From a bacterium (lineage in GTDB: Bacteria > Chloroflexota > Dormibacteria > Aeolococcales > Bog-877): a stretch of 64,000 nucleotides of DNA. Positions 27,368-44,167 of this stretch are shown piece after piece; within the stretch, counting starts at the first letter, position 1; each line of letters opens with the position of its first letter. The position numbers and the translations under genes are program-made. The notes under the pieces are model-generated. The model was not told where the DNA came from. It worked only from the letters and a program-made list of their open reading frames with translations, and ran no database searches. The DNA is taken from the NCBI GenBank assembly GCA_021816695.1, contig JAKAXE010000005.1, positions 5 to 64,004 on the forward strand, written 5' to 3'.

Positions 27368-28131
27368 CCGGCCGCCGCGACGATGGCGGCGAACTCGTCG
27401 GCCCTCAGGCTGGCTCCTCCGACCAGTGCCCCGCGCACTCCAGGGGCATTAAGAAGGGACTCGGCGTTGCTGGGGGTCACGCTGCCACCGTACAGGACAC
27501 GCACCGCCACCTCCCCGCTGTACAGCTCCGCCACCACCTTATGAACCACCGCGGCAGCGGCAGCCGCATCGTCCGGTGTGGCGGTGGCTCCGGTCCCGAT
27601 GGCCCACACCGGCTCGTAGGCAACAGTGCACCTGCCGATCTCTGCGACTGAGAGCCCCGCGAACCCAGCCCGTGTCTGTCGCTCCACCACGGCCTCGGTC
27701 ACCCCGGCCGACCGCTCCGCCTCGGTCTCGCCCACAGCCAGAATGGGGAGCAGCCCCGCCGCCAGCACGGCCTCGAGCTTTCTCCGCACCAGCTCGTCGG
27801 ACTCCCCCATCAGGTGGCGGCGCTCACTGTGTCCCATCAGGACGTAGTCACAGAGCGGCGCCAGCATCGGAGCACTGATCTCCCCGGTGAAGGCACCCGC
27901 CGCCTCGTAGTGGCAGTTCTGGGCGCCTACCCGGACACGCGGGTCTCCTCCCAGCTCCCCCACCACGGCCTCCAGGGCTGTGAAGGGAGGCAGCAGCAGC
28001 ACCTCCGACGCTGGCTCCGCCGCCAACTGCCCGAGCAGCGACCGCACCAGCTCCCTGGCCTCCGCCGGCGTCTTGTGCATCTTCCAGTTCCCGGCGATCA
28101 GTGGCGCCCCCCGCCAAGGGCCGGCAGTCAT
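27364..28131 (-). CDS. tpiA: Triosephosphate isomerase
   Basis: Track ORF. Supporting motifs: IAGNWKMHK, MGHSERR and AYEPVWAIGTG. ATGA overlaps occur at both ends. Confidence 0.95.
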   Translation of the reverse strand: MTAGPWRGAPLIAGNWKMHKTPAEARELVRSLLGQLAAEPASEVLLLPPFTALEAVVGELGGDPRVRVGAQNCHYEAAGAFTGEISAPMLAPLCDYVLMGHSERRHLMGESDELVRRKLEAVLAAGLLPILAVGETEAERSAGVTEAVVERQTRAGFAGLSVAEIGRCTVAYEPVWAIGTGATATPDDAAAAAAVVHKVVAELYSGEVAVRVLYGGSVTPSNAESLLNAPGVRGALVGGASLRADEFAAIVAAAG

Positions 28132-29324
28132 GGCACGGCCACCCGTTCGCGCAGCGCCGCAACCCCTGGCAGCTCCCGCCCCTCGAGGAACTCCAGGGTG
28201 GCCCCCCCACCGGTGCTGACGTGGGTGAACTTGGAGACCAGCCCCAGCGACTCCAGCGCCGCCTGGAGGTCACCGCCCCCGGTCACGCTCACCGCCGTGC
28301 TCTCCCCGATGGCGGTCGCCACCAGACGGGTGGCGCCGGCGAAGGCAGGGTTCTCGTAGACGCCAAGCGGCCCGTTCCATACCACCGTCCCCGAACGCCG
28401 CACGAGCTCCGACCAGCGCTGGGCTGTCGCGGGACCCACGTCCAGGATCATCTCCTCGCCTCCCACCTCCCCGACCGGGCAGGACCGGGCCTCGGGGGCG
28501 GTGGACTGGGGACCGGCCGCCACCACCACGTCCGTGGGCAGGTAAACCTCCGCACCCAGCGTCGGGGCCCGGCCCAGGATCTCCGCCGCCCTCGCGACGA
28601 AGTCCGGCTCCACCAGGGACCGGCCCACCGAGACTCCCTCGGCGACCAGGAACGTGGCCGCCATTCCGCCCCCGAGGAGCAGCTGCTGTACCCGGGGCAG
28701 GAGGTGGTCGATCACCCCCAGCTTGGTGCTCAGCTTGCTGCCGCCCATGATGGCCACCAGGGGCCGGGCGGGAGATTCCAGGATCCCGGACAGCGCCGCC
28801 AGCTCTCGTTCCATGAGCCGCCCGGCGTAAGCGGGCAGGAGGTGCGCCACACCCTCGGTTGAGGCATGGGCCCGATGGGCGGTGCCGAAAGCGTCGTTCA
28901 CGTACAGATCAGCCAGAGAGGCCAGTTGGGTCGCGAAGCCCGGGTCGTTGGCCTCCTCCTCCGGATGGAACCGGAGGTTCTCTAGCAGCAGCACACCGCC
29001 ATCGGCCAACCCTTGGACCGCCGTCTGCGCTACCGGTCCCACGCACTCCGGGCACCATGCCACGTTCATTCCCAGGAGTTCAGAGAGGCGGATCGCCAAC
29101 GGCCTGGTGGAGAGCGATTCCACCGGCTTACCCTTCGGGCGGCCCAGGTGGGTGGCCAGAATCACTCTGGCCGATCTTGAGCGCAGCTCCTGGATCGTGG
29201 GCAGACAGGCCCTAATGCGCGCGTCGTCGCGGATCCGGCCGTCCTCCAGAAGGGGGACGTTGAAGTCCACCCGGACAAGTACCCGCCTGCCCTCCGGATC
29301 GAAGTCATCCAGTCCCGCCTTCAC
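28128..29324 (-). CDS. pgk: Phosphoglycerate kinase
   Basis: Track ORF 28128..29447 trimmed to the GTG at 29324, which lies 6 nt after a GGAGGG SD and 2 nt after the gap stop. Supporting motifs: VLVRVDFNVPL, ATHLGRPKG and GGGDLQAAL...STGGGATLEFLEG. Confidence 0.93.
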   Translation of the reverse strand: MKAGLDDFDPEGRRVLVRVDFNVPLLEDGRIRDDARIRACLPTIQELRSRSARVILATHLGRPKGKPVESLSTRPLAIRLSELLGMNVAWCPECVGPVAQTAVQGLADGGVLLLENLRFHPEEEANDPGFATQLASLADLYVNDAFGTAHRAHASTEGVAHLLPAYAGRLMERELAALSGILESPARPLVAIMGGSKLSTKLGVIDHLLPRVQQLLLGGGMAATFLVAEGVSVGRSLVEPDFVARAAEILGRAPTLGAEVYLPTDVVVAAGPQSTAPEARSCPVGEVGGEEMILDVGPATAQRWSELVRRSGTVVWNGPLGVYENPAFAGATRLVATAIGESTAVSVTGGGDLQAALESLGLVSKFTHVSTGGGATLEFLEGRELPGVAALRERVAVP

Positions 29325-29326
29325 CC

Positions 29327-30454
<1,128 letters not shown>

Positions 30455-30515
30455 TCACCACCCGAGCCCGGATGCAGGATTCCACCGTGGGCGGCTTCCC
30501 GCCCCGATGCCGCCC

Positions 30516-31243
30516 TCAGACCTCGAGATCGCGGTGCCAGACGACCGCACGTGCACCGCGCTGCGTCAGCCGCCGGCTCAGCTCTTCGGCGACGGCCACC
30601 GACCGATGCCGCCCCCCGGTGCAGCCCACCGCCAGCCGGATCAGCGGCCGGGAGCGCCCGTCGGGCCGGAGCTGCGACTCCACCATCTGCTCCGCCACGT
30701 CGAGCAAGCGCCGGGCCGCCTCCTGCCGGAGGACGAAGGAGCTCACCCGGGGGTCGGTCCCGGGAAACGGCCGTAGCTCCTCCACCCAGTACGGATTAGA
30801 GATCGGCCGCGCGTCCAGGCAGCAGTCCAGGTCCAGGGGGACCCCACGGATGAAGGAGAACGACTCGGCCACCACCACCGGTTCGGAGCCCTGGTCCAGC
30901 CACGCCCCCGGCAGCCCCGCCAGCGCCCGGGAGACCGCGCCTCGGTCCCGGTGCGTGGTGTCCAGCACCACCCTGGTGGCGGTGATCAGGTGCCGCTGCC
31001 GCTCGCATGCCGCCATCCAGCTCTCAGCGCTGGCTCCGCCACCTTCGGGCCACCGGGCCAGACACGCTTCCAGAGAGGCCACGGTGCGCACCAGGCGGAG
31101 GCTGTCGGCGCCCTGCGGACCGGGCTCGGGCTCCGGCTGCGCCGACCGGCCGTCCCAGGCCAGCGCTGGAGCGCCCAACTCGCTGAGCTCGGCCGCCACC
31201 TCTTCCGCCCCGGACCCCGGGGGGCCGTAGACCAGCACCGCCA
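30516..31243 (-). CDS. rapZ: RapZ/YvcJ-like protein (UPF0042), short form with a degenerate Walker A
   Basis: Track ORF 30516..31865 trimmed to the ATG at 31243, immediately after the uvrC stop. The conserved C-terminal domain is present (FSFIRGVPLDLDCCLDARPISNPYW...VGCTGGRHRSVAVAEEL). The N-terminal P-loop reads GPPGSGAE instead of GxxGSGKS. The product is 242 aa. Confidence 0.75.
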
Positions 31244-33136
31244 TCAGAGAAGCTCCTTGAGGGCCGCCGCCACCGGGCGGGTGATCCCCGGCACCGCCAC
31301 CAGCTGCTCCAGGGTCGCCTCGCGAATGCCGCCGACCGAGCCGAAGTGCGCCAGGAGGGCTCGCTTCCGCTTCGGCCCCAGCCCGGTCACCTCGTCCAGG
31401 CGGCTGCGCATCCCCGCCCGCTGCCTCCGCTGCCGGTGGCGGGTGATGGCGAAGCGGTGGGCCTCGTCCCGCACTCGCTGGACGAGGAAGAGCGGCTCGC
31501 TGCCCTGGGCAAGGTGCAGAGGGGGGCCGCCGACCTGATGCAGCTCTTCGAATCGCTTGGCCAGGCCGAAGTGGGGAAGGGTCCCCAGATCGAGCTCGCG
31601 CAGGGCGCGGTCCGCGGCCGCCAGCTGGCCCTCTCCGCCATCGACGATGACCAGGTCCGGCCTGGTGCCCAGGCTTTCGTCGGCGGGCTGGGCCAGATGC
31701 CGGAAGCGGCGCCGGATCACCTCCTCCATGCTGGCGAAGTCGTTGGGGCCCTCCACCTCTCGAATGGCGAAGATCCGGTAGTGGGACGGCTTCGGCCGGG
31801 CATCCTCGAAGACCACCATCGAACCGACACTCTGCTCCCCCATGGTGTTGCTGATGTCGTAGCACTCGATTCTCCGCGGCGGGCGGTCCAGCCCCAGGAG
31901 ACTTCGCAATGCCTCCAGCACCTGAGCCGCCCGCCCCGCGTCAAAGTCATCGCGCAGCCGCGCCTGCTCCAGGGCGGCCTGGGCCGTCTGCTCAGCCAGC
32001 CGCACCGCGCGCAACAGGTGACCCCGCTGGGGCACCACCATCCGCACCGCCGCGCCCCTCCGGGCGGTGAGGTACTCCTCCAGCAACTGCCGGTCGGCAA
32101 CCTCCCAGGGTATGGCCACCCGCGCGGGCACCGACGGGGCGGAGGCGTAGTGCTGCGAGAGGAAGCTGGAGAGAATCTCCTGCGGCTCGACCTCCCCGAG
32201 CCCCATCAACGGGTGGCGCTCCGCCCCCTGGACCCGTCCCTCACGGACCGGCAGGACAGCGGCCATCCCGATCCCCTTGCCCATTGCCAGCCCGACCACG
32301 TCCACCGTTCCTCCCGCCCGAGGAACTCGGGCCTGCTCGGCCGTGAGGCGGTCGATTGCGCGCAGGCGGTCCCGCAGCGAAGCGGCGCGCTCGTAGTCCA
32401 GGTCGGCGCTGGCCTCCCGCATGGACTCCTGCAGCTCGCGGCGCACCTCCTCGGTGCGGCCGGCCAGGAAGTCGGCCGCCTGGTCCAGCAGCCGAGCGTG
32501 TCCCTCCGCGGAGATCCGGTTCTCGCAGGGACCGGCGCAGATCCCCAGATGGAAGTCCAGGCAGACCCGGCCCCTGCGGAAGACGGCGTCGGAGCAGGCG
32601 CGGAAGGGGGCTACCGTCCGCAGCTCGCGCAGCGACCGGCGCAGTGAGCCAGCATCGGTGTAGGGGCCGAAATAGCGGGCGCCATCGGGCCGAAGGCGCC
32701 GTGTCAGCTCCGGACGGGGGAAGGCGACCTGCCGCCGGGCGGCATCCGGGCTGCCGCCCTCCGCCAGCTGCGGCAGCGGCACTCGAACGTACAGGTAGTT
32801 CTTGTCGTCGCGGAGGCGCACGTTGAAGCGCGGGTGGTGGCGCTTGATCAGGGTGTTCTCCAGGATGAGAGCCTCCTGCTCCGTGCCGGTGGCCACCACC
32901 TCGAAGTCCACCGCCGACTCCACCAGCTGGCGGATTCGCGCCGGGTGGGCCTGGGGCGCGGTGAAGTAGCTGCGCAGCCGCGCCCGCAGGCTGGACGACT
33001 TGCCGACGTAGGCAACCGACCCATCGGGGCCTCGGAACAGATAGACGCCCGGCTGCGCCGGCACCGCCCTCAGTCGCGCACGCAGGAGCTCGGGGCGCTC
33101 CACCAGTCGGCTGGGGGGGCTGGATGGCACTGTCAT
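31244..33136 (-). CDS. uvrC: Excinuclease ABC subunit C
   Basis: Track ORF 31244..33178. I prefer the ATG at 33136 (MTVPSSPP...). It has the GIY-YIG motif PGVYLFRGPDGSVAYVGKSSSLRARLRSYF, a UVR domain, and a C-terminal endonuclease/HhH region. Confidence 0.93.
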   Translation of the reverse strand: MTVPSSPPSRLVERPELLRARLRAVPAQPGVYLFRGPDGSVAYVGKSSSLRARLRSYFTAPQAHPARIRQLVESAVDFEVVATGTEQEALILENTLIKRHHPRFNVRLRDDKNYLYVRVPLPQLAEGGSPDAARRQVAFPRPELTRRLRPDGARYFGPYTDAGSLRRSLRELRTVAPFRACSDAVFRRGRVCLDFHLGICAGPCENRISAEGHARLLDQAADFLAGRTEEVRRELQESMREASADLDYERAASLRDRLRAIDRLTAEQARVPRAGGTVDVVGLAMGKGIGMAAVLPVREGRVQGAERHPLMGLGEVEPQEILSSFLSQHYASAPSVPARVAIPWEVADRQLLEEYLTARRGAAVRMVVPQRGHLLRAVRLAEQTAQAALEQARLRDDFDAGRAAQVLEALRSLLGLDRPPRRIECYDISNTMGEQSVGSMVVFEDARPKPSHYRIFAIREVEGPNDFASMEEVIRRRFRHLAQPADESLGTRPDLVIVDGGEGQLAAADRALRELDLGTLPHFGLAKRFEELHQVGGPPLHLAQGSEPLFLVQRVRDEAHRFAITRHRQRRQRAGMRSRLDEVTGLGPKRKRALLAHFGSVGGIREATLEQLVAVPGITRPVAAALKELL

Positions 33137-33301
33137 GGCCGGAACCTCAGCGCACTCCCAGCAGTTGGAGGACGACACCCACCAGCAGCAGCACCGTGAG
33201 CAGCGCCAGGATCATGACCCCGCCTATGCAGGCTCCTCGCTGCCACCCCCGGAAGGTGGCCGGAGCCCGCTGCGGCCCCTCCCCCACGGGCCCGGCCACC
33301 G

Positions 33302-36157
33302 TCAGACCGCCAGCTCGACCGCCCGGGCCGACTCGAGCGCCCCGGCGAGGAACCGACCGGTCACGGAGGCAGGGTCGGTGGCCAGCTTCTCCGGCGGTCC
33401 CTCCGCCACCAGCCTCCCCCCCGCGTCTCCCCCATCCGGCCCCAGGTCGAGGATCCAGTCGGCGCACTTCAAGACGTCCAGGTTGTGCTCGATCACCACC
33501 ACGGTGTTGCCCTGGTCCACCAGCCGCTGCAGGACGCCCAGCAGCCGACCCACATCGGCGAAGTGGAGCCCGGTGGTGGGCTCGTCGAGGATGTACATGG
33601 TGGAACCCGTCCCGCGCCGTGACAGCTCGGTTGCGAGCTTGACCCGCTGGGCCTCGCCACCGCTCAGCTGGGTGGCCGGCTGCCCCAGCCGGATGTAGCC
33701 CAGCCCGACATCGCTCAGGGTCTGCAACCGTCTGGCGATTCCCGGCTGGTTGCGGAAGAGCTCCAGCGCCTCGGTCACCGACAGGCTGAGCACATCGGCG
33801 ATGGAGTGCCCGCGGAAGCGAACTTCCAGCACCTCCTGGCTGTAGCGCCGGCCCTTGCAGACCTCACAGGTCACGTAGATGTCGGGCAGGAAGTGCATCT
33901 CGATCTTGAGCAGCCCATCCCCCTCGCAGGCCTCGCACCTCCCTCCCCGCACGTTGAAGGAGAAACGGCCCGGCTTGTAGCCCCTTACCCTGGCCTCTGG
34001 CAGCTGCGCGAAGAGTTCTCGGATCGGGGTGAACAGTCCGGTGTAGGTGGCCGGGTTGCTCCTCGGTGTGCGCCCGATCGGCGCCTGGTCGACATCGACC
34101 ACCTTGTCCAGCTGCTCCAGCCCTTCGATGCGGTCGTGGTCCCCGGGGCGCTCGCGCGCGCCGAAGAAGTGCTGCGCCAGCCTGCGGTAGAGGACGTCGT
34201 TCACCAGGCTGCTCTTCCCCGAGCCGCTCACTCCCGAGACTCCCACGAAGCACCCCAGGGGGAAGGCCGCATCGACCGACTTCAGGTTGTTGGCCCGGGC
34301 ACCCCGGACCACCAGCCATCCCCGAGGGGGCCTCCTTACCGGCACGTCGATCCGCAACTGCCCGGTGAGGTACTGGCCGGTGGCCGAGCCGGGCACCGCC
34401 ATGACCTCCTCCGGCGTGCCCGCCGCCACCACCAGTCCCCCCTGCTCCCCCGCGCCCGGACCCATGTCCACAACGAAGTCGGCCCGCCGGATGGTTTCCT
34501 CGTCGTGCTCCACCACTATCACGGTGTTGCCCAGGTCGCGCAGGCGGAAGAGCGTCCCCAACAGCTTGGCGTTGTCGCGCTGGTGGAGGCCGATGCTGGG
34601 CTCGTCCAAGATGTAAAGCACACCGGTGAGCCGGCTGCCGATCTGCGTCGCCAGCCGGATCCGCTGGGCCTCGCCCCCGGAGAGGGTGGCCGCCGCCCGG
34701 TCCAGGGTCAGGTACTGGAGGCCCACGTCGCTCAGGAAGCCGAGCCGCTCACGCACCTCCTTGAGGACCCGCCGGGCGATCTCCAGCTCCCGCGGGGGCA
34801 GCTCCCACCGGTCCAGCATCTCCAGCTCGCGGTCGACGGGAAGGGAGCAGAAGTCCATGATCCCCACCCCGGCCACGGTGACCGCCAGGAACTCGGGCCG
34901 CAGCCGCTTTCCGTGGCAGTCCGGGCAGGGCCGCTGCATCATCAGCCGCTCGATGGACTCCTTCACCATCTGAGACTCCGTCTCCCGATAGCGGCGCTCC
35001 AGATTGGGGATCACCCCCTCGAAGCGGGCCGAGAAGCGGTGCACCCGGCCCCGGGCCGACCGCAGCTCCATGGCCACCCGCTGGTCCGGAGGAAGGCCGT
35101 ACAGGATCAGGTCCTGCTGAGCCCGGCTGAGCCGGCGCCAGGGGCGGTCGACGGGGATCCGATGCTCCCGGGCCACCGCCAGCACCAGCTCCTCCATCCA
35201 CTGCTGGGCCGGACCCCACCTCCCACCGGCCACCGCCCCCTCGGAGATCGACCGTTCCGGGTCGGACACCAGGGCTTCGGGGTCGACCTCCAGCTTGGCG
35301 CCCAGCCCGGTGCAGGTGGGGCAGGCCCCGTGCGGGTTGTTGAAGGAGAAGTTGCGGGGTTGGGGCTCCTCCATGGAGATCCCGTCATAGACGCAGGCGA
35401 ACTGCTCGGAGAAGAGCAGCTCCTCAAAGGCTCCGGCGTCGGCTGGCGCCACCAGCACCGTTCCCCCGGAGAGGGTGGTGGCCTGCTCCAGGGACTCCCG
35501 CAGTCGGGAGATGTCCTGGCGGCGCACCGCCAGACGGTCGACGACGATCTCCAGATCGTGCTTGTAGCGCTTGTCCAGGGATGGGATGGCATCCAGCTCG
35601 TAGATGCGTCCATCCACTCGCATGCGCACGTAGCCCAGCCGCCGAGCCTGATCCACCACCGCCTGGTGCTCCCCCTTGCGGCTCTGCACCATGGGGGCCA
35701 GGACCAGCGCCCGGGTGCCTTCGGGCAGCTCCACCACCTGGTCGGCGATCTGGTCCACCGTCTGGCGCGAGATCTCCCGACCGCACTTGGGGCAGTGCGG
35801 GTGGCCCACCCTGGCGTACAGGAGGCGCAGGTAGTCGTAGATCTCGGTCACGGTGCCCACGGTGGAGCGCGGGTTCCGGCCGGCCCCCTTCTGGTCGATG
35901 GAGATGGCCGGTGACAGCCCCTCGATGTGGTCCACGTCGGGCTTCTCCATCTGGCCCAGGAACTGGCGAGCGTAGGCGGAGAGGGACTCGACGTAGCGGC
36001 GCTGCCCCTCGGCATAGATGGTGTCGAAGGCCAGCGACGACTTCCCGGATCCGCTGAGGCCCGTGATCACGGTGAGCCGGTCACGGGGTATGTCGATGTC
36101 CACGTCCCGCAGGTTGTGCTCGCGCGCACCCCGCACCGAAACGAACGCCTGAGCCAC
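33302..36157 (-). CDS. uvrA: Excinuclease ABC subunit A
   Basis: Track ORF of 951 aa. The N-terminus is [53 protein letters not shown]. It also has two ABC modules and zinc-finger Cys clusters. Confidence 0.96.
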   Translation of the reverse strand: MAQAFVSVRGAREHNLRDVDIDIPRDRLTVITGLSGSGKSSLAFDTIYAEGQRRYVESLSAYARQFLGQMEKPDVDHIEGLSPAISIDQKGAGRNPRSTVGTVTEIYDYLRLLYARVGHPHCPKCGREISRQTVDQIADQVVELPEGTRALVLAPMVQSRKGEHQAVVDQARRLGYVRMRVDGRIYELDAIPSLDKRYKHDLEIVVDRLAVRRQDISRLRESLEQATTLSGGTVLVAPADAGAFEELLFSEQFACVYDGISMEEPQPRNFSFNNPHGACPTCTGLGAKLEVDPEALVSDPERSISEGAVAGGRWGPAQQWMEELVLAVAREHRIPVDRPWRRLSRAQQDLILYGLPPDQRVAMELRSARGRVHRFSARFEGVIPNLERRYRETESQMVKESIERLMMQRPCPDCHGKRLRPEFLAVTVAGVGIMDFCSLPVDRELEMLDRWELPPRELEIARRVLKEVRERLGFLSDVGLQYLTLDRAAATLSGGEAQRIRLATQIGSRLTGVLYILDEPSIGLHQRDNAKLLGTLFRLRDLGNTVIVVEHDEETIRRADFVVDMGPGAGEQGGLVVAAGTPEEVMAVPGSATGQYLTGQLRIDVPVRRPPRGWLVVRGARANNLKSVDAAFPLGCFVGVSGVSGSGKSSLVNDVLYRRLAQHFFGARERPGDHDRIEGLEQLDKVVDVDQAPIGRTPRSNPATYTGLFTPIRELFAQLPEARVRGYKPGRFSFNVRGGRCEACEGDGLLKIEMHFLPDIYVTCEVCKGRRYSQEVLEVRFRGHSIADVLSLSVTEALELFRNQPGIARRLQTLSDVGLGYIRLGQPATQLSGGEAQRVKLATELSRRGTGSTMYILDEPTTGLHFADVGRLLGVLQRLVDQGNTVVVIEHNLDVLKCADWILDLGPDGGDAGGRLVAEGPPEKLATDPASVTGRFLAGALESARAVELAV

Positions 36158-36166
36158 CGGTCAAGG

Positions 36167-38123
36167 TTACCGTGCCGCCCGGGCCACTCCTCCACGACGA
36201 TGCTGGGATGCCCGACCCACCCCGGGGACGAGCTCGATCTCCAGCTCGCCGGACGCGGTGCGGCGAGTGATGGTGACTGCCACCCCCTGCACCAGATGCT
36301 CCACCCCGCTCAGAGTCGCCCCCGCGGCCACGATGCGCTCCCAGCTGTGGTCGAACTGTCCCCTGATGACGAGGTCTCCGGTGGATCCGGCCTGCATCAC
36401 CCGGACTCCGCCCGCAAAGCCCCGGGCGGCCGCGGAGTCCGCCTTCCGGCCCGGCGCCAGGGGGCAGGCCCGCACCTCGACGGATAGCTCGGGTGACCCT
36501 GGCTCCGCTTGCTCCAGCCGGTAGACGGCCAGAAGGCCAGACTCGGTCGCCTGCAGCGACTTGCGGATCCCGATCCCGTCTCGCGAGGCGCTCAGGACAG
36601 CCCCCCTGGGCAGCAGCTCCACCTCATAGGGGTTGTTCCAGACGACCCCATCCACCGAATCTAGGAGAGCCCCCACCTCGCGGTCGTCGAAGGGCTGACT
36701 CGCCGTCAGACCTGAGGGCGCCTCCAGGGGGGCGAGCTCCAATCCCTGGTTCAGGGCTGAGGTGGTGCGGCCCTCGAGGTGGTAGGCCTCGAGGTGGCGC
36801 CCCATCACCGCCACCAGGTTGGCTTCGGCCGCCCAGCTGACCAGCTCCACGACCTGGCCGCCCAACTGGGGGTCCACCGTGGCATACCCCCACGGACCGA
36901 AGATGCGCAGCTCGGGAAGCCCGTCCCCGTCCAGGTCGGCCACCTCCACCCCCCACTGCCGTGGCCGGCTCGCCATCCGCTCGGCCCGGATCAGGTGATG
37001 CCAGAGCCCGAGACGCAGGAAGGTGAGATAGGCGCCGCCGAAGGTGCCGTGCCAGTACCCGCAGTTGCACTGGCCCCGGTGAAGTTCGGCCACCACCGCC
37101 TCGGGGCTGCCCTGGGAGGCGACCACCCCGCTCACCCTCACCATCTGCTGCTGGAGCCGGGCCACCTCCGGGTACTTGGTCAGGAAGCCGCGCCAGGGTG
37201 CTCCCCGCACATAAGGGGCCACCTGGAGCGGATCACTATTGGCCAGCTGGGCTGAAGCGAGCTCCAGCCGGTGGCGGGCCGGGGTGGGCAGAGCCCAGGT
37301 CATCATCTCGTCGTAGGAGCTGGAGGGCAGCTGCACCGGGACTGGAGCCTCGCCCCAGGCCGCCTCCCCAGCTTTCACCAGCCGCAGCCGCCCGCCCCCG
37401 GCCTCCTCCTCGAGGCGCCCGAGGAAGCGCTCCAACCAGCGGCGCCGATAGACCTGCCGGAAGGTTCCCGGCCACTCCCCGAACTTCTCGCCGTCGTCCG
37501 CGTAGAGGGAGATCCACCCCGGCGGCGAAGCCACCAGCTCGCCCACCACCGACCTGGGCGGGGAGTACGGGATGCGGTAACGCAGCCGTCGGCTGGCGGG
37601 CAGGATCCGGAGGGCATGCCCCTGATGCTCGGTGACGAACACCCCGCCCAGCTGATCCTCCTCCACCCCGGCCGCCCGGAGGGTGGTGTCGTCCAGGACC
37701 ACGTATTCAACGCCGCATCGACTCAGGCTGGCGGCCAGGTCAGGCTCCCAGACCCGCTCCGCCAGCCAGAGACCGTGGGGCCGCTGGCCGAACCATGCTT
37801 CCAGCAGGGACGCCATCCGGCCGACCTGGGCCTCCCGATCCGGCTCGGGCAGGGACGCCAGGATGGGCTCCTCCAGGGCACCGCCGAGCAGCTCCACCTG
37901 GCCGGCCTCCACCCGCTCCTGCAACCGCTCCAGGACCACCGGGGCCACCCGCTCCAGCCAGGTCAGCAGACACCCGGAGTAGTGGAGCGTGAAGGGCACC
38001 CCGGGGTGGCTGGCGATGACCTCCAGGAACGGCAGGTAGCACCGCCGAGCCGCCCGCGCCACCACCCGCTCGAGGTTGTCCACCGGCTGGTGGAAGTGCA
38101 CGACCAGCGCCACCCGGGGAGCC

Positions 38124-38131
<8 letters not shown>
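36167..38131 (-). CDS. Glycoside hydrolase family 57 protein (alpha-amylase / 4-alpha-glucanotransferase type)
   Basis: Track ORF. All five GH57 signature regions are recognisable: HFHQP, GQVELLGG, LWLAERVWEP (nucleophile Glu), YADDGEKFGEWPG (acid/base Asp), GQCNCGYWHGTFGG. Confidence 0.85.
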
Positions 38132-40219
<2,088 letters not shown>

Positions 40220-40223
<4 letters not shown>

Positions 40224-42262
40224 GGTCCCCGGCGGCGGCGGACGGGGCGGCGCTCGCGGGAGCGTGTCGCCGCCGGCCGCGATCCTCCCGACTCGGCCAG
40301 CTGCCCCCGGAGCTCGACAACCCGGTCCCGGAGCTGGGCCGCCCGCTCGAACTCCAGGTTGCCCGCCGCCCGCTGCATCGCGCGCTCCAGATCAAGGACC
40401 AGTCGCAGGAGCTCGTCCGGCGGGAGCCCCTGCCGCTCCTGGAACTCGACCGCGGCCTGCTCCTGGCCCAGCTTGGCCATCTCCTGCTCGCGCACCGCCT
40501 TGACGATGGTGGTGGGGGTGATCCCCCGCTCCGCGTTGTACTCCGCCTGGGCCCGCCGCCGCCTCTCGGTCTCGCCGATCGTCTGGGCCATGGCGTCCGA
40601 CACCCGGTCGGCGTACATGACGACCCGGCCGTGGAGGTTGCGGGCGGCCCGCCCGGCCGTCTGGATCAGCGCCCGAGCGCTGCGCAGGTAACCCTCCTTG
40701 TCGGCGTCGAGAATCGCGATCAGGCTGACCTCGGGGAGGTCCAGCCCCTCGCGCAGGAGGTTGATGCCCACCAGAACGTCGTAGACCCCCAGGCGCAGAT
40801 CGCGAATCACCTCCACCCGCTGCAGGGTGTCCACGTCCGAGTGCAGGTATTGCACCTTGACCCCGGCCTCCCGCAGGTAGTCGGCGAGGTCCTCGGCCAT
40901 GCGCTTGGTCAAGGTCGTCACCAGGGTGCGCTCCCCGGCCGCCGCGGTGCGGCGGATCTCCACCAGCAGATCGTCGATCTGCCCTTCGCTGGGCCGGACC
41001 TCGATCTCCGGGTCGAGCAGCCCGGTGGGCCGGATCAGCTGCTCCACCACCTGGGTGGCCCGCTCCTGCTCGTACGGCCCGGGGGTGGCGGAGACGTAAA
41101 TGAGCTGGCGCACGGATGCCTCCCACTCGGCGAACGTGAGCGGCCGGTTGTCCAGCGCCGAGGGGAGGCGGAACCCGTACTCCACCAGCGGAAGCTTCCG
41201 CGACCGGTCACCGCCGTACATGGCCCCGATCTGCGGCACAGCCACGTGGGACTCGTCCACGATCACCACGGTCTCCTCAGGCAGGAAGTCCATGAGGGTG
41301 AACGGGCGCTCCCCCTCGGCCCTGCCGGTCAGGTGGCGCGAGTAGTTCTCGATCCCGGCGCAGGAGCCGGTCTCCCGGATCATCTCCAGGTCGAAGAGCG
41401 TCCGCTGCCGGAGGCGCTGGGCCTCCAGCAGCCGGCCCTGCAGCTCCAGCTCCCGAAGCCGCTGCTCCAGCTCCTCCGAGATGGCCACCAGCGCCCGCTC
41501 CCGTCGGTCCCGGGGGGTGACGTAGTGGCTGGCGGGGAAGACCTGGAGCTCCTCCCGTTCGGCCAAGATCTCGCCGGTCAGGGGGTCGAACTCCACTATC
41601 CGCTCCACCTCGTCCCCGAAGAACTCGATGCGGGTGGCCACCTCCTCGTAGGCGGGCTGCACGTCGACGACGTCCCCGCGGACCCGGAAGCGCGAACGGC
41701 CGAAGTCGATGTCGTTACGCTGGTACTGCAGGTCGGCAAACTTGCGCAGCAGGATGTCGCGCCGCCAGCTCTCGTGGCGGCGCACCCGCACCGACTCGCC
41801 CAGGTAGTCTTCTGGGGAGCCCACCCCGTAGATGCAGGAGATCGAGGCCACCACGATCACGTCCCGCCTGGTCAGCAAAGAGCGGGTGGCGGCGTTGCGG
41901 AGGCGGTCGATCTCCTCGTTTCGGGAGGAGTCCTTCTCGATGTAGGTGTCGGTCCGCGGCAAATACGCTTCGGGCTGGTAGTAGTCATAGTAGGAGACGA
42001 AGTACTCGACCGCGTTCTCCGGGAAGAACGCCTTGAACTCGGCCCAGAGCTGGGCGGCCAGGGTCTTGTTGGGGCTCAAGACCAGCGCCGGCCTTCCCAC
42101 CTGAGCCAGCACATTGGAGATAGTGAACGTCTTGCCACTTCCCGTGACTCCCAGGAGCACCTGGTGCCGATCGCCCCGCTCCAATCCCTGGACCAGCGAG
42201 GCGATGGCTGCCGGCTGGTCGCCGGTGGGCTCGAAGGGCGCCTTCAGGCTGAGCTGGGCCAC
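40220..42262 (-). CDS. uvrB: Excinuclease ABC subunit B
   Basis: Track ORF 40220..42763 trimmed to the GTG at 42262 ([20 protein letters not shown]...). It has helicase motif [10 protein letters not shown], plus [14 protein letters not shown]. The C-terminal UVR domain is [18 protein letters not shown]. The product is 680 aa. Confidence 0.93.
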
Positions 42263-42325
42263 TCCGCGAGTATGGCAGGGGCGGCCGGGCCGACCCCGCG
42301 GCGTCAGCCCCGAGGCGGAGCGACG

Positions 42326-44167
<1,842 letters not shown>

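Noticed and set aside
33806-35914. 702-aa plus-strand ORF
   Set aside because: It is entirely antisense to the unmistakable uvrA gene. Its composition is dominated by Pro, Gly, Arg, His and Leu, with no motifs.
40631-42325. The 1178-aa plus-strand ORF 40631..44167, suggesting a giant protein
   Set aside because: Only the part from the ATG at 42326 is ABC-F-like. The upstream 565 codons are antisense to uvrB and translate to Gly/Pro/Arg/His-rich junk. Long antisense ORFs are expected in very GC-rich DNA.
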